Source: Mantamonas sphyraenae STR306 (Eukaryota; Protista; CRuMs). From it: a DNA stretch of 64,000 nucleotides. The notes under the pieces are model-generated. The model was not told the DNA's origin, searched no databases, and saw nothing but the letters and a program-made list of their open reading frames with translations. Shown here piece by piece: positions 34,648 through 45,797 of this stretch. The translations under genes and the position numbers were made by a program. Position 1 is the stretch's first letter; each line of letters starts with the position of its first letter. The stretch covers positions 1 to 64,000 of the forward strand of contig JAPMXV010000061.1 of assembly GCA_026936335.1 (NCBI GenBank), read 5' to 3'.

Positions 34648-36606
34648 TCACTCTTTGCTAGCCGCCAACCCCTGGATCGTCCGCTCCACAATCTTGGACA
34701 CGGCCGAGTACGTCGACGGCCTCGAGCCCAGCTGTTCAAATCTGTCAAACAGGATCTTGGTGATCAGTGCACACCGGTACCCGCTCTCCAAATGCTCCGT
34801 CGAGCGCACAAGCTCCACAATGGCCTGCGACAGTGCGGACGTGCCCTTGGTCCCTCCGCCAGCACCGGCAACAGGTTTGGCTTCCACATGCTGCGGCTGC
34901 TGCTGCACCTCTTGCACATCCTCATACTCCCCTTCACTCTCCTCCTCTCTCTCTGCTGCCACATAGCGCTCCATCATGCGTTCAAACAGCTGCTGGTCGC
35001 CCACGGGCGGCTGCGGCGCAAGCGCTGCCGTCGCTTCCTTGTTGCGGTGCTGCTGCTGTTGCTGCTGTTGCTGCTGCTGCCGATTTGTCAGCGTAGCCGT
35101 TCTTGTACGCTGAGCCTCGATTCGTTCAGCCAATCTGGTCATCAGACGATCCTCTACGGCCGCCATCTGCTCGTTGATGTGCGGCGTGATCACGTTGTCA
35201 ATCACATCCCGCTCCCATACGGCCATGCGCTGCGCTACAACGTCCAACACGGCCTTGGATACGTCCCTTTCGCTGCCTGCCGTCCCACGCGCCTGTCCAA
35301 TCTGTTTCAGCTTGTGCAGAGCCTCGGCCATTTGCGCCTGTGCCTGATCCAGTTGCACGCGCACCAGTTCGCTGCATTCCTGCATCACCTCGTCTTTGAT
35401 CCTCTGTTGACTGTATCCCTGACCCATGCTCTGGTTCACTCCTCCTCCACCAAAGTTGCTGTCCCACATGCGGCTGCTCTGGCCAAAGCTGTTGCTGCTG
35501 CTGCTGCTGCTGCTACCATGGCCTCCGCCCATGTGACCCAACTGCTCCTCCACGCGTCGCAATCGTTCTGCAAAGCTGTCCATCTGCTGTTCTGCAGACG
35601 TGCGCGGTATCGAACCCATCATCCCACTCAGGTACGGGTTGTGTCGAGCACTCCTCACGCTGCTGCTTGTGCTCCCCCTACCCATCTCTGTCCCGCTTTG
35701 GCCATCCCCACCTCCCTCCACCTGACTCTGCTCCTCCTGGTGGTGCCATGTGCTCCCAAAACGACTGATCTCTGCGTTCATCGACCGCAGCTGCTCTTCC
35801 AACCGCGCCTTTTCGGGATCTTGCGGCACGCTCGCTTCCTCCTCCTCTTCCTCCCGACTCTTCTCCACTCTCTGTTCAACCACCTCCTCCGCCACCTCCC
35901 TCTCTGCCTCTACATCCTCTTCACCTTCCTCTTCCTCCTGCAACACAGACGCCTGCGGCAGCGCAATCGTATGTACATGAGCTGGCGGCGTTTTGGCGCG
36001 TTCGCTTGCCGCGCTTTTGGTCTCCTTCTCTCCCGATGCGTGTGCCTCCAACGCTGCGTCCTCGTCATCCCATCCTCCAGACTGTGCCTCGTGTGCCCTT
36101 GTGGGCGTCTTTGTAGGGGTTGACGACGCCAGCATGGAGCTGTGTAGGCTCGTTTGCGTCGTGTCTTGTTTTTCCAGGCTGCGCGACTGCTCCTTGCTCT
36201 GCCGTGCCTCTGCCGCACGCTCCTCACTGATGTGCGACGCCGTCATGTGCCCCTCGGTTGTACGGCCATCGGTTCCCTTCTCCTCCGCCTCCACCGGCCC
36301 TCCCGATGGTCCGGCCGAGCTCGTGTTTGCCCCGTTGTCTCCCAACGCTTCGCCCGTCAATTGATCAAGCAGCGCCTGAAATTCGTCCATTGTGGTCTCT
36401 GTTGCACTCATGCGGTTGGCCAGCGCGTCCATCGAACCCGCCGATGTCTGTGACGAGGCCAGCACGTCGTTTGCATTGGCAGACGTCGTTGTTGCCGACC
36501 AGCTCTTGTCGGCAGCATCGTCTTCCTCCTCCTCCTCTGCTGCGCTCCATTGCGACAGACCAGAGTACACCGACGTGTCCAATGTGTTGTCAAAGGTGTC
36601 GTCCAT
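34648..36606 (-). CDS. Unknown low-complexity/coiled-coil protein
   Basis: Long open frame from MDDTFDNTL, E/Q/S-rich; no recognisable domain. Confidence 0.7.
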   Translation of the reverse strand: MDDTFDNTLDTSVYSGLSQWSAAEEEEEDDAADKSWSATTTSANANDVLASSQTSAGSMDALANRMSATETTMDEFQALLDQLTGEALGDNGANTSSAGPSGGPVEAEEKGTDGRTTEGHMTASHISEERAAEARQSKEQSRSLEKQDTTQTSLHSSMLASSTPTKTPTRAHEAQSGGWDDEDAALEAHASGEKETKSAASERAKTPPAHVHTIALPQASVLQEEEEGEEDVEAEREVAEEVVEQRVEKSREEEEEEASVPQDPEKARLEEQLRSMNAEISRFGSTWHHQEEQSQVEGGGDGQSGTEMGRGSTSSSVRSARHNPYLSGMMGSIPRTSAEQQMDSFAERLRRVEEQLGHMGGGHGSSSSSSSNSFGQSSRMWDSNFGGGGVNQSMGQGYSQQRIKDEVMQECSELVRVQLDQAQAQMAEALHKLKQIGQARGTAGSERDVSKAVLDVVAQRMAVWERDVIDNVITPHINEQMAAVEDRLMTRLAERIEAQRTRTATLTNRQQQQQQQQQQHRNKEATAALAPQPPVGDQQLFERMMERYVAAEREEESEGEYEDVQEVQQQPQHVEAKPVAGAGGGTKGTSALSQAIVELVRSTEHLESGYRCALITKILFDRFEQLGSRPSTYSAVSKIVERTIQGLAASKE

Positions 36607-36672
36607 GGCTGAAAGAAACCAAACCCACTCCTTGGCCGTCGACTCGCTGCCTGCACCGGCGCCACCAGGAGG

Positions 36673-39600
36673 ATGAGCACGACCAGCAGCACGCCCGCAG
36701 CCGCAGCCGCTGCCACACGCGACCGTACCGGCACACTCACCGGCACGGGCTTTGAATGCGTGCGTGTCACCTACCAGGACGAGTACGATATCTGGAAGTA
36801 TCTCGAGGAGGAGCTTGTGCAGCACCTGCCGCTGCGCGACCTCCAGGGCGAAAACCATTTGGGGCCCTACAACATCGATCAGCTCAACCTCACATGGGTG
36901 CCCTTTTCCGAGCGCACCGAAAAGGTGCCCAGCAGCGCCCAGGCCTACCAGAAGCCCTATCTGCACCTGTACATCGTGAAGTGCGAGGTAAAGAGGGCCG
37001 TCCGCCGCCGCTCCCAGCCACTCCGCCACCGTCGCTCCCGCTTCTTGTCCGCTGACGCTCTCTTTGCCCTGCAAACCCGACCCCCCTTCAGGACCAAGAT
37101 ACATACAAACATCTCATCCGCAACAAAGTCAAGGTGTGGCTGGACATGGTCACTGAGGACGAGACGCAAGAATGGCTGATTGTTTACTTCACCAAGGCAT
37201 ACAAGAGCACGAGCAAGCTGGCGGCGTTCACAGGCGGCAACTCTGCCGCAAAGGTGTTTGACAAACTCAAGAGCGATTTCTCCACAAAGGGGGCCAACCG
37301 ATGCTGCTGGCTGGCGCTGGACGACACCGACGAAGACAAATCGCGCTCCCAAGATCACTGGAGCGAGTTTGTCACACGCATGAAGCAAGCCATTGTCCGT
37401 GCGTTTGACTGTCGCGTCCAAGGCTACCAGGCCGAGCTCAAGACCATGTGGGCCTCGCGCTTCCAGAGCAATTTTGATATCCAGAAGTGTTTCCTGCTCC
37501 AGGAGGGCCTGGCCATTGTGTTTAAGCAGTTCTTCCTCCTGCCCCTGTGTCTCAATCAGTACGACGAGCTGGACGTGATTGTGAACGAATCTGGCAACGG
37601 CGTGCACTTTGACCGCTTCGGAGACCCAGGCGACGCCGGCACGAGCGTGCTGCGTCTGGACGCAAAGCCATACCGACAGGCCATCGTGGACGGCGAGTGC
37701 AGCGAGTTTGACATGCGCAGGTACCTGTTTGCGCGCCAGGCAGAGATGCTGATCTGCCAGGGGGCGTACGAGGCGTTGCTGCGCCGCACCGTGGCCTTTG
37801 TGGACACAATCCGCGCGGCCATGACGTCGGCGGAGTTTCTGGAGCCCGTACAGCGCGAACACTGGAGTTTCCTGACGTTGATGGAGGTTGTGGCGCTGTG
37901 CAATGAGATGACTGGGGTCAACGAGCAGGGCCAGCTTCTGTCGCTGCTGGCACGTGCGCAGGAAAAGGCGCGCACGGCGTTGACTCACATTGGCGCACTG
38001 GTGGGTGTCTTGCGTGCCGACTTGCCAGTGTACGACGCGTACGCGACTGTGCGCCTCGGCGGGAGCGAGAGCACAGCGAGTTTGGATGCATGGCCAGAGG
38101 TGTGCACACACGACGGGTTTGCCTCCAAGTACTTGGAGGTGTCCAACAAAACGGCCGAGTTGTTTGAAGGGGCAGGCTGGTGGCGCTCGAGCGGACGCAT
38201 CCGCCTGGAAATGGGGCGAGTGCACAGCGCGTCGGAGGAGCACGAGGCGGCGCTGGAGAGTTTGAAGGCGGTGCAGGAACAGTACGCACGTGAAGCATGG
38301 CCGCGACTGCAAGCACTGGTAGATGCAGAGATGGGCAGGGTGCACAGGCGCCTGGACAACAAGAAGGAGTATCTCGCGTGTGCGCTGCAGGTGCTGAACC
38401 GGGAGGCGGGCCAAGAATGGGAACAGGGTTTGATGGATGTGAGCAGGGAGTTTGATGAGTGGGTGGAGGTGGGTGTGGACGAACGGCTGCTCCAGCTGCG
38501 CCTTGACGAGGACCTTGCGAGCATCGAGTTCTCACGGGGCCACGAGATCCGGCTGGCGTGCAGAGTGGAGGCACGCGAAGGGGTCAACCTAGAGGTGGAA
38601 GAGGTGGAGCTGGTGTGGGAGGCGGACGGACAGCGTGTGGAGCTGCGTGGGAACAACGGCGAGGTGAGTGGGACGAGCGAGACATCGGGGGCGTTTGCAC
38701 TGCAGCAGGTGCGTGCGCGTCTGGCCAAGGTTTGGTTGGTGGTGGACGGGTGGCAAGAGAGGCGGAACGCGGTGGATGGGCGCTGCAGGTAAAGACGCCC
38801 AGCCCGCGGTTGCGAAGCAGCATTGTGGTGCCTCCGTGTCTGGTTGTGGGCCAGGCACAGTCTGTGCGCATCCAAGTGAACCTGCACGAAGACGATGTGG
38901 CGGAGGGGCGCATGGAAATCGTCGGTAGCGAGGAGCTGGAGCTGGAGTGCGTGGGAGGCCTTGCGCCAGGCCCACTGCCAGAGATGCAGGAAGGAGAGAC
39001 TGCACACGTGGATGTGCGAGCACGTACGCACGACGAGCAGGGCGGCCGCTTCTGGGTGGAGCTGCGCATGGAGTATGTGACGCGAGGCGGGCGTACGCTT
39101 GAGTACGTGCGTCGATTTGAGCTGGAGTTTGTGATGCCGCTGGCGGTGCACACAGTGAGCGACAGTGGCGCACGGGGCCACTACTTTGTACAAAGCCGAC
39201 TGGAAAACGTATCGCACGCAGCGATCCGGATCATTGGTCACAGCGTGGAGGAGGCGCGGGGCGTGGTTGTGGTTGCGGATCCCAACGAGACTCTGTGGGG
39301 CTCTGTGGTGCGTGCGGCGCACTCGACATCGATGGCGCTGATTCTCGAGGCGGAGGCGATGGAGGAGGACAAGAGCACGGAGCGGGTGCTTCAAATGCGC
39401 ATCCAGTACAAGGTGGAGCCTGCCGAGTGGCAGGAACAGGTGGACGTGAGCACGTTTGCGTATGCGTGGCAAGTGTGGCTGCCAACAGCAATGGACGTGG
39501 CGTACCGGTGCCGTGTGGAGCATCCGTCATCGTGCGTGGTGGGACAACTGGCGCCATTCAAGGTGGTGATTGAGCGGTGTGCGCAGGGAGACACGCAGGA

Positions 39601-39874
39601 GGAGGGCCCCGTGGACATTGCCTACCAATTGGAAGTGGACTACCGCTACTGGATGGTGACGGGCCTGGTGCAAGGGCGCGTGTCTTTGGACGTGGGAGAA
39701 TCGGCCACCAAGACCTGCACGGTGGTGCCTCTGGCCAGCGGATTTGTGCCGCCGCCAGTGGTGAACCTGGTGGGCGTGGAACAGCACGAGGTGGAGTTTC
39801 AGCAGGCCAACGACCGCACGTACGTGTTTGCCAACGAGGTGTGGATTGGCAGTTGCGTGGCCAAGACGGTGTGA
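36673..39874 (+). CDS. TRAPPC10: TRAPP II subunit TRAPPC10/Trs130; frameshift at ~38749
   Basis: VTYQD...LPLRDL...KPYLHLYIVKCE|DQDTYK...EWLIV...VFDKLKSDF...FLLQEGLA...QYDEL; GWWRS; C-terminal WMVTG...VPLASGFVPPP. Intron 36988-37091. Confidence 0.9.
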
Positions 39875-39909
39875 GCAATGAAGGGAGCGGGCAGGCCATT
39901 CGTTCTCGT

Positions 39910-41165
39910 TCATTGATCATCCATGTCGTTGTCGCCGTTCTCATCGGGCTCTTCCTCCGGATGGTACTTCTTGTGCAGATCCCAGCAGTCGTCGGCAGAA
40001 ATCTTGGTCCAGCCGTCCGTATCGACGTGGTAGACATTGACAATGCCTCCCGAGTAGGCGTCGCGGTGTGTAGCGTGGTAGATGGAGCGGCGGCCGAGTT
40101 CGCAGGCCTCCTCGATGCTCAGGTCCCAGTCGAAGCCGTTGTCGAGCACGCCGTAAGCGTAGGTGGAGCCCGAGCCGACGCTGAAGCGCTGGCCTTCAAG
40201 GCGTGTGCCGTCGCTGTCGCAGTAAAAGAGGCCATATCCCTGCGCGTAGTGTGTGGATGGGTGGTGAGCAACAGGCACAAGGGCAGGGACGGATGGAAGG
40301 CGAAAGAAAAACCGGGGCGGGGATCGTGTGTGTTCACACCCATCAACACGCTCTCCGGAGCCGCTGGCTGCAACGTACGCCCTCGTCGACGCCTGAAATC
40401 ATGGTGCCCACCGAGAGACCGTAGCCGCGGTATGAATAGAGGATGTTGCTGAGGATCTTGGAGGCAGCTGCGACGGAGATACGCTCCGAGTTGCGGAACT
40501 CCCAAAGGCGACAGCGGCGACCAAGTTCGCGCTCCCAAAACGCGCAATCAGCTGCACCTCCGGCCATGGTACCGAGGAGGTACGGCGTGATCTCGATGAC
40601 CTTTTGCACGTTCTGGGAGGCTGTGGGGATGGGAGGGATGTGTGTGGACAGCGGGGAGTGAGCGAGAGGGCGTTTCCGGCCGGAATCGCAGGCGAGCGAG
40701 AGGGCCAGCGCAGACGACCAAAACCTACCCACGAGGTTGCCCTGTGTCGAGCGCGAGTCGACAGCAATGACAATGCCGCCCTGGAACTGGAAGCTCAACG
40801 TGGTGGTACCCTTGGCAAACTTGATCTGGCTGGGCTTGTCCGGCTGCGTGAAATAGGTGTCGTTCATAAAGTTGCCCGGCTGAGATGGCGGCGATGGGAT
40901 GGAAACGGGGGAAAACACGGCGCAGGGTCAGCATAACATCGCACACACACGCTCACGGCGAAGCAAAAGGCATTTGGCCAGATCTCGTTCTCTGTCTGGC
41001 TCTCACTCAATCTCAATGGATACGTACGTGAACGACGTTGGCCAAGGTGAACTTGTCCATGGCGGCCGAGTCGGCGACGTCCCACACGAGCTGCTCGTCG
41101 TTAAAGACGCCCGAGCTGCTGGTGCCCTTGGCCGACGAGGGGATGTCGAGGAATGAGAGCGACAT
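39910..41165 (-). CDS. PSMB5: 20S proteasome subunit beta 5
   Basis: [66 protein letters not shown]; three introns. Confidence 0.97.
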
Positions 41166-41469
41166 GGAGGGTTGGTGGGGGGTACGTGAGTGTGGTTGGG
41201 TGTCAGCGCGCAGCCTCCCGACGCAAGCAACCCAGAATGGTCGGTGGCAGGAAATGCAAGGAGAGAGAGACGGAGACGAGATGGGAAAAGGGGTAGCCAG
41301 GCCCTGGAAGCACGCACATACTGACACGCTCGACCCACACGCCACCCTCTACAGAGCAAGGTGGAGATCAAGCAGGGCGCAAAGCACACGACGTAGGTTT
41401 ACACAAGGAGTTGAACGCACACACAAACCACCGCCCCTCAGGCTCGTTGCGCACGTACCTCGCACACAC

Positions 41470-42528
41470 ATGGTATCACGCACGCACGCCATAATGCACA
41501 CGCGAGATGGAGAGAAGCTGATTGGGGGCAGCGACGGAATCCGGAAAGGAGAAAACGGGCTCACACGCGCCTTTGCGGCACACTGACACGCATGCTGACA
41601 CTCGCACTCTGGACGGGGCATGTACGTAGATCACCGATTGTGACGGGCACATCTGTGCTGGCCATCAAGTACGACGGGGGCGTGGTGATGGCAGCAGACA
41701 CGCTGGGTAAGTAGAAGTGCAAGAGGGTTTCAGCGGCAAGACACACGCTCACACGCTTCACACGCTTCACACGCGCACGCACAGGCTCATACGGCTCGCT
41801 GGCACGCTTCCGATCGCTGTCGCGCTTCCATGCGGTGGGCGACGACACAATCATTGGATGCAGCGGCGACTACTCGGACTTTCAGCACCTGAAGGAGATG
41901 CTGGATCAGAAGGCGTAGGTTTCCGCGCCGGCGAGCAAAAACGCACGCCCTGGCCAGCATAGAGGCGGTACAGGCACATGGATTCACTGACACGTAACTC
42001 ACAACATGTACGCGGGCCCGCCACAGCATCGACGAATACTGCCTGGACGACGGGATCACAAAGACACCCAAGGAGCTGCAGCAATGGCTGTCGCGCGTGA
42101 TGTACCAGCGACGCAACAAGCAGAACCCACTGTGGAACTCGGTGGTCGTGGCTGGTCGTCAGGACGACGGTGAGCCCTACCTGGGACTCGTCACCATGCT
42201 GGGTGCCAACTTTGACGACAAGTACCTGGCCACCGGCTACGGCGCCTACATCGCTCTGCCTCTTCTGCGCAAGGGCTGGACAGAGGACCTCACTCTCGAG
42301 GCCGCCACCGACCTCATCAAGAAGTGCATGACTGTCATGTACTACCGCGACGCGCGCACCATCAACAAGATCCAGCTCGTCACCATCAACGCAGAAACCT
42401 GCGACATCAGCGAGCCCTTTGCCCTCGACACCAAGTGGGACTATGACCTCTTTGTCAACCCGGACCCCAAGATTGACCCGCAAACCACCCTGTGGGACCC
42501 TGAAGACGAGGTTGCGGTGGAAGGATAG
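41470..42528 (+). CDS. PSMB4: 20S proteasome subunit beta 7 (PSMB4/Pre4); 5' end unresolved
   Basis: [25 protein letters not shown]|GSYGSLARF...SGDYSDFQ|...[13 protein letters not shown]...[14 protein letters not shown]...YYRDAR. Confidence 0.95.
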
Positions 42529-42529
42529 G

Positions 42530-43089
42530 TTCTGAATGCACCTTCTTGGAAAATCTTTTTGCGTTTCATCCTTCTTGCTGTGTTGCTCCTCTTCCTGGTC
42601 CTGCTCTTCCTCCGCCTCTGCGTCTTCCTTCCGCAGGGCTTCTCGCACACGCATGAGAGTGATCCCCAACATGTTGCGTCCGCTGCCATCGCCTCCATCG
42701 CCCCAGTAGCGGTCGTTGCGAGTGTGCTCCACCAGCTTTGCCTCTCCCGTGCCCAGGAGCAGCTTGCGCAGCTGTGCGTACTGGGAAAACTTGGCCAGCA
42801 CCGCAGTATACATAATGTCGTCCTTCACCTCTTCCCAATCACTGCGCAGCTTGTACTTGCGCGTTTGGCCCATCTTCTTTGCCGCTGCACACGACTTGTC
42901 CGCGCGGATTGCCTCCATGTACTCCTCCTCGTCTGGAAACTTCATTGCCTGGAAGTAGTGCTCCGTTGTGGGCCATTCCAGTCCGTCAATTTCAACAGGA
43001 TGTCGCGAAAAGTTGGAAAACTCGCCATACTCGTCCCGTTCCCGGTAGAAGTTGATGGTCTCCTTGCTCGTGCCTGCCTTTGTGCTCAT
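42530..43089 (-). CDS. NADAR/YbiA family N-glycosidase; 3' end uncertain
   Basis: INFY...YGEFSNF...WPTTEHYFQAMKF...LRSDWEEVKDDIM...KFSQ...LLGTG...LVEHTRNDRYWGDGGDGSGRNMLGITLMRVRE. As assembled the frame stays open to 41851. Confidence 0.92.
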
Positions 43090-43242
43090 GGTTCTTTCGG
43101 TCCGTTCGATTCCTCGTTGGTTGAGTGCTGTGTTCGAGTCGTGAATTGCTGGTCCCCTCAGCGCACAGCGATCGGCCTCCCAACCTGAACATCCCCCGTT
43201 TCCACCATATCTGGCTCAGATTCCACGGCTGTTCTCGTAGAG

Positions 43243-43731
43243 GTGTCACAGGAGAGCGAGGAGGAGCTGGAGCGCACTCGCACGTTGTTCACGGCGTACG
43301 CGGAGGAGCTTGCTGAGGCGACGGGGATTGATCTGCAGTTCCAGAGTTTCGAGCAAGAGCTCAAAGACCTGAGCATGTACAGCAAGGCAAAGGACGGCGT
43401 GGTATTGTTTGCCCGTCTGCATGACCAAGATGCAGGCATTGTCGCGCTCAAGGACATCACCAAACCGGCAGAAGCGGAGAAAGACATGCGCGTTTGCGAG
43501 ATGAAGCGCCTCTTTGTTGCGCCTGCAGGCAGGCGCAAGGGCGTGGGTCGCACGCTGGCCACAGAACTCATTCAACAGGCCCGTTCGCTGGGCTACACGC
43601 ACATGCGACTGGACACTGTGTCTCGGCTCAAGGCCGCGCTCGCCCTGTACACTGACCTTGGCTTCCAGGAATGCTCCGCCTACGTGCACAACCCCATTGA
43701 AGACGTCATTTTTATGGAATTGGCCCTGTGA
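43243..43731 (+). CDS. GNAT-family N-acetyltransferase; start unresolved
   Basis: GIDLQFQSFEQEL...CEMKRLFVAPAGRRKGVGRTL...GYTHMRLDT...AALALY..LGF. No in-frame ATG after the stop at 43186. Confidence 0.88.
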   Translation: MSQESEEELERTRTLFTAYAEELAEATGIDLQFQSFEQELKDLSMYSKAKDGVVLFARLHDQDAGIVALKDITKPAEAEKDMRVCEMKRLFVAPAGRRKGVGRTLATELIQQARSLGYTHMRLDTVSRLKAALALYTDLGFQECSAYVHNPIEDVIFMELAL

Positions 43732-43970
43732 GGGCTAACATGTGCTGCACTGGCACCAATAAACGCTGGAAGTCCACCAAACACCCAGCTTTGCCATGCT
43801 CTTTTGCCCAGCGTGCTTCCCCATCTCAACCCCCTGTACCACTGCTCTGTCCACTGCTCCACTGCTCCACTGCGTGCGCCACGATGTGTGCCACGCTGAC
43901 GTCATGAGCAGAATGGCGGACCTGCGCGCAGGGGCCCAATCCCGCCGTCGCAGCCCAAGCATCCGACAAC

Positions 43971-45343
43971 ATGTCGAGCCGTGTCACACGTAAACAACTG
44001 GCCATCTCACAGGCTCTGGCCAACTCCCAGGACGTGGAGAGTCTGATTGCCCCGAGCAAGGATTTGGACGAAATCGACGTCAAGATCCGCAAAATGCAAC
44101 TCAGCCAAATCTCCCCGAGCAACCCGTGCACTGTGTGCCGTTGCACTGCCCGCCACTCCCGCCACTGCCCGCTTAAGAACCAAAAGCGTTATATCAAGAA
44201 GGCGGAGCGCCAGCGCATGGAGGAACGCTTGTGCAAGGCCTCTTCTGTGTCGTCCGGAGACACCGCCGACGACCGTTCCTTCTCCACCATCAGCAGCGTG
44301 GGCATTGGCATCCACGATGTGCCTTCCCGCCTCGATCGCAAGCGCAATCTGCGCAAGGTACGTCCATGGCCGGTTTGTCCTCTTCACATCATCGCTTCCT
44401 TCTCGCGGAGCCCGCCTGCCTTTGGCGCGGTCCGCGTCGAAAAATAGCGCATTGCCTTCCGAAAACTCGAACACGCGGGCCGCAATCGCCCCGCTGCCTT
44501 CCTGTATCCCTGCCTGCCGCCCTCATGCATCCGTGTATCTTTATAGCCCATGCGACTGTGTATGGCCGCCATCTGCATGCCTGTATCCCTCGGGGTGGCT
44601 GTCCACGCGGCTGCGTGTTGCGAGTTCCGCCGATTTTTGCCAAAATACGCTTTTGCCACCGCCCGCCAGCCCGCTGGCCTTACCCACGGCGTTTCCGCGC
44701 CAGGCACTCGCGCACTTTTTGCATGCCTGCACTACCCGCCGCCTGTATGCCCGCGTGCACCGCTACCGCATGCCAATCCCGTCCCAGGGTACTTTGTGCA
44801 CTCGCTAGCTGTGTCCGCAGCATGTCCGGCCAAGAAAGTTTTCGGAGTTCGGAGTTCGGAGTTTTTCGCGCGACGCCGCCAAGCAAGGTTCCTCGCGCAA
44901 CGCGTTTCTGCACGCCCCGCTCACATCGCTGTTCCCTCGCACCTCCTCGCACACACACACACACACACACACAGATGGCTGAGCAACACCTGAACAAGGT
45001 CGCCTCGCCTTTTGCCAAGCGCCCTGGCCTCTCCCTCGAGCAGGTCGCAAAGACTTTGTCGCAAACCACGCGATTCAACGTCGCTGCCCCAAGCTCCCCG
45101 GCAAGCTCCGTCAGCTCCGTCGCATCTTCCTCCGACGGAGGTTCCGACCCGCGTGTCGACTTTGCCTGCCTTAGCATGGACTCGCTGCGCAAATACCAGC
45201 ACGCCTTTTGCCTGAACCTCGACGACGAGCCCTACCTGCCTGTCGACGCCATGGTCGAGCGTACCCACGCTCACTTTGCTCAAATGCAGGTCGACGAACG
45301 CGCAACCATCGCCAACTTCCTTCAGCGCTGCTCCCGCTTCTGA
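43971..45343 (+). CDS. SAP30-like Sin3-HDAC complex subunit
   Basis: Exon 1 43971-44357 (Cys/His motif CTVCRCTARHSRHCP), phase-0 intron 44358-44974, exon 2 with Sin3-binding-type VDFACLSMDSLRKY..AF.L...HF..MQVDERATIANFL. Confidence 0.7.
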
Positions 45344-45797
45344 ATGCTCGCCTTCGACCTGCTGCCACGCGAATACGAGCTCGCCCGCTCGTGGAACGCG
45401 CCGCAAAGCATCGCCCAGCCCATGGGATGTTAGCAAGCTGGTGGCTGCATGGCGCGTGTGGTAGTGATCTTGCCTCTTGCGAGGCAATCACACACACGTT
45501 TTGCCGTTTGCCCAGACCCCGGCTGCACATCCTCAGCAACCTGTCGTTTTGTCTGTGCTGGCTTCATCGATCGCCTGCCCTTCATTCCGACCTGCTCCAT
45601 GCGCTGGCAACCCTGCATTTTGTGGTTGCGAGCCACGAGCCCAAACTCGTGTCGCGATTCCTCATGAAAAATCACCTGTCATTTCCTCGTCCACATTTGC
45701 AATTCTCCCATGCACACCACGTGTCTGTTTCGATTTCCATGTGACACACATCCATTGCGTCTCTCTTGCTCTGCCTCATCCTGGCCAAACCAAAAGG

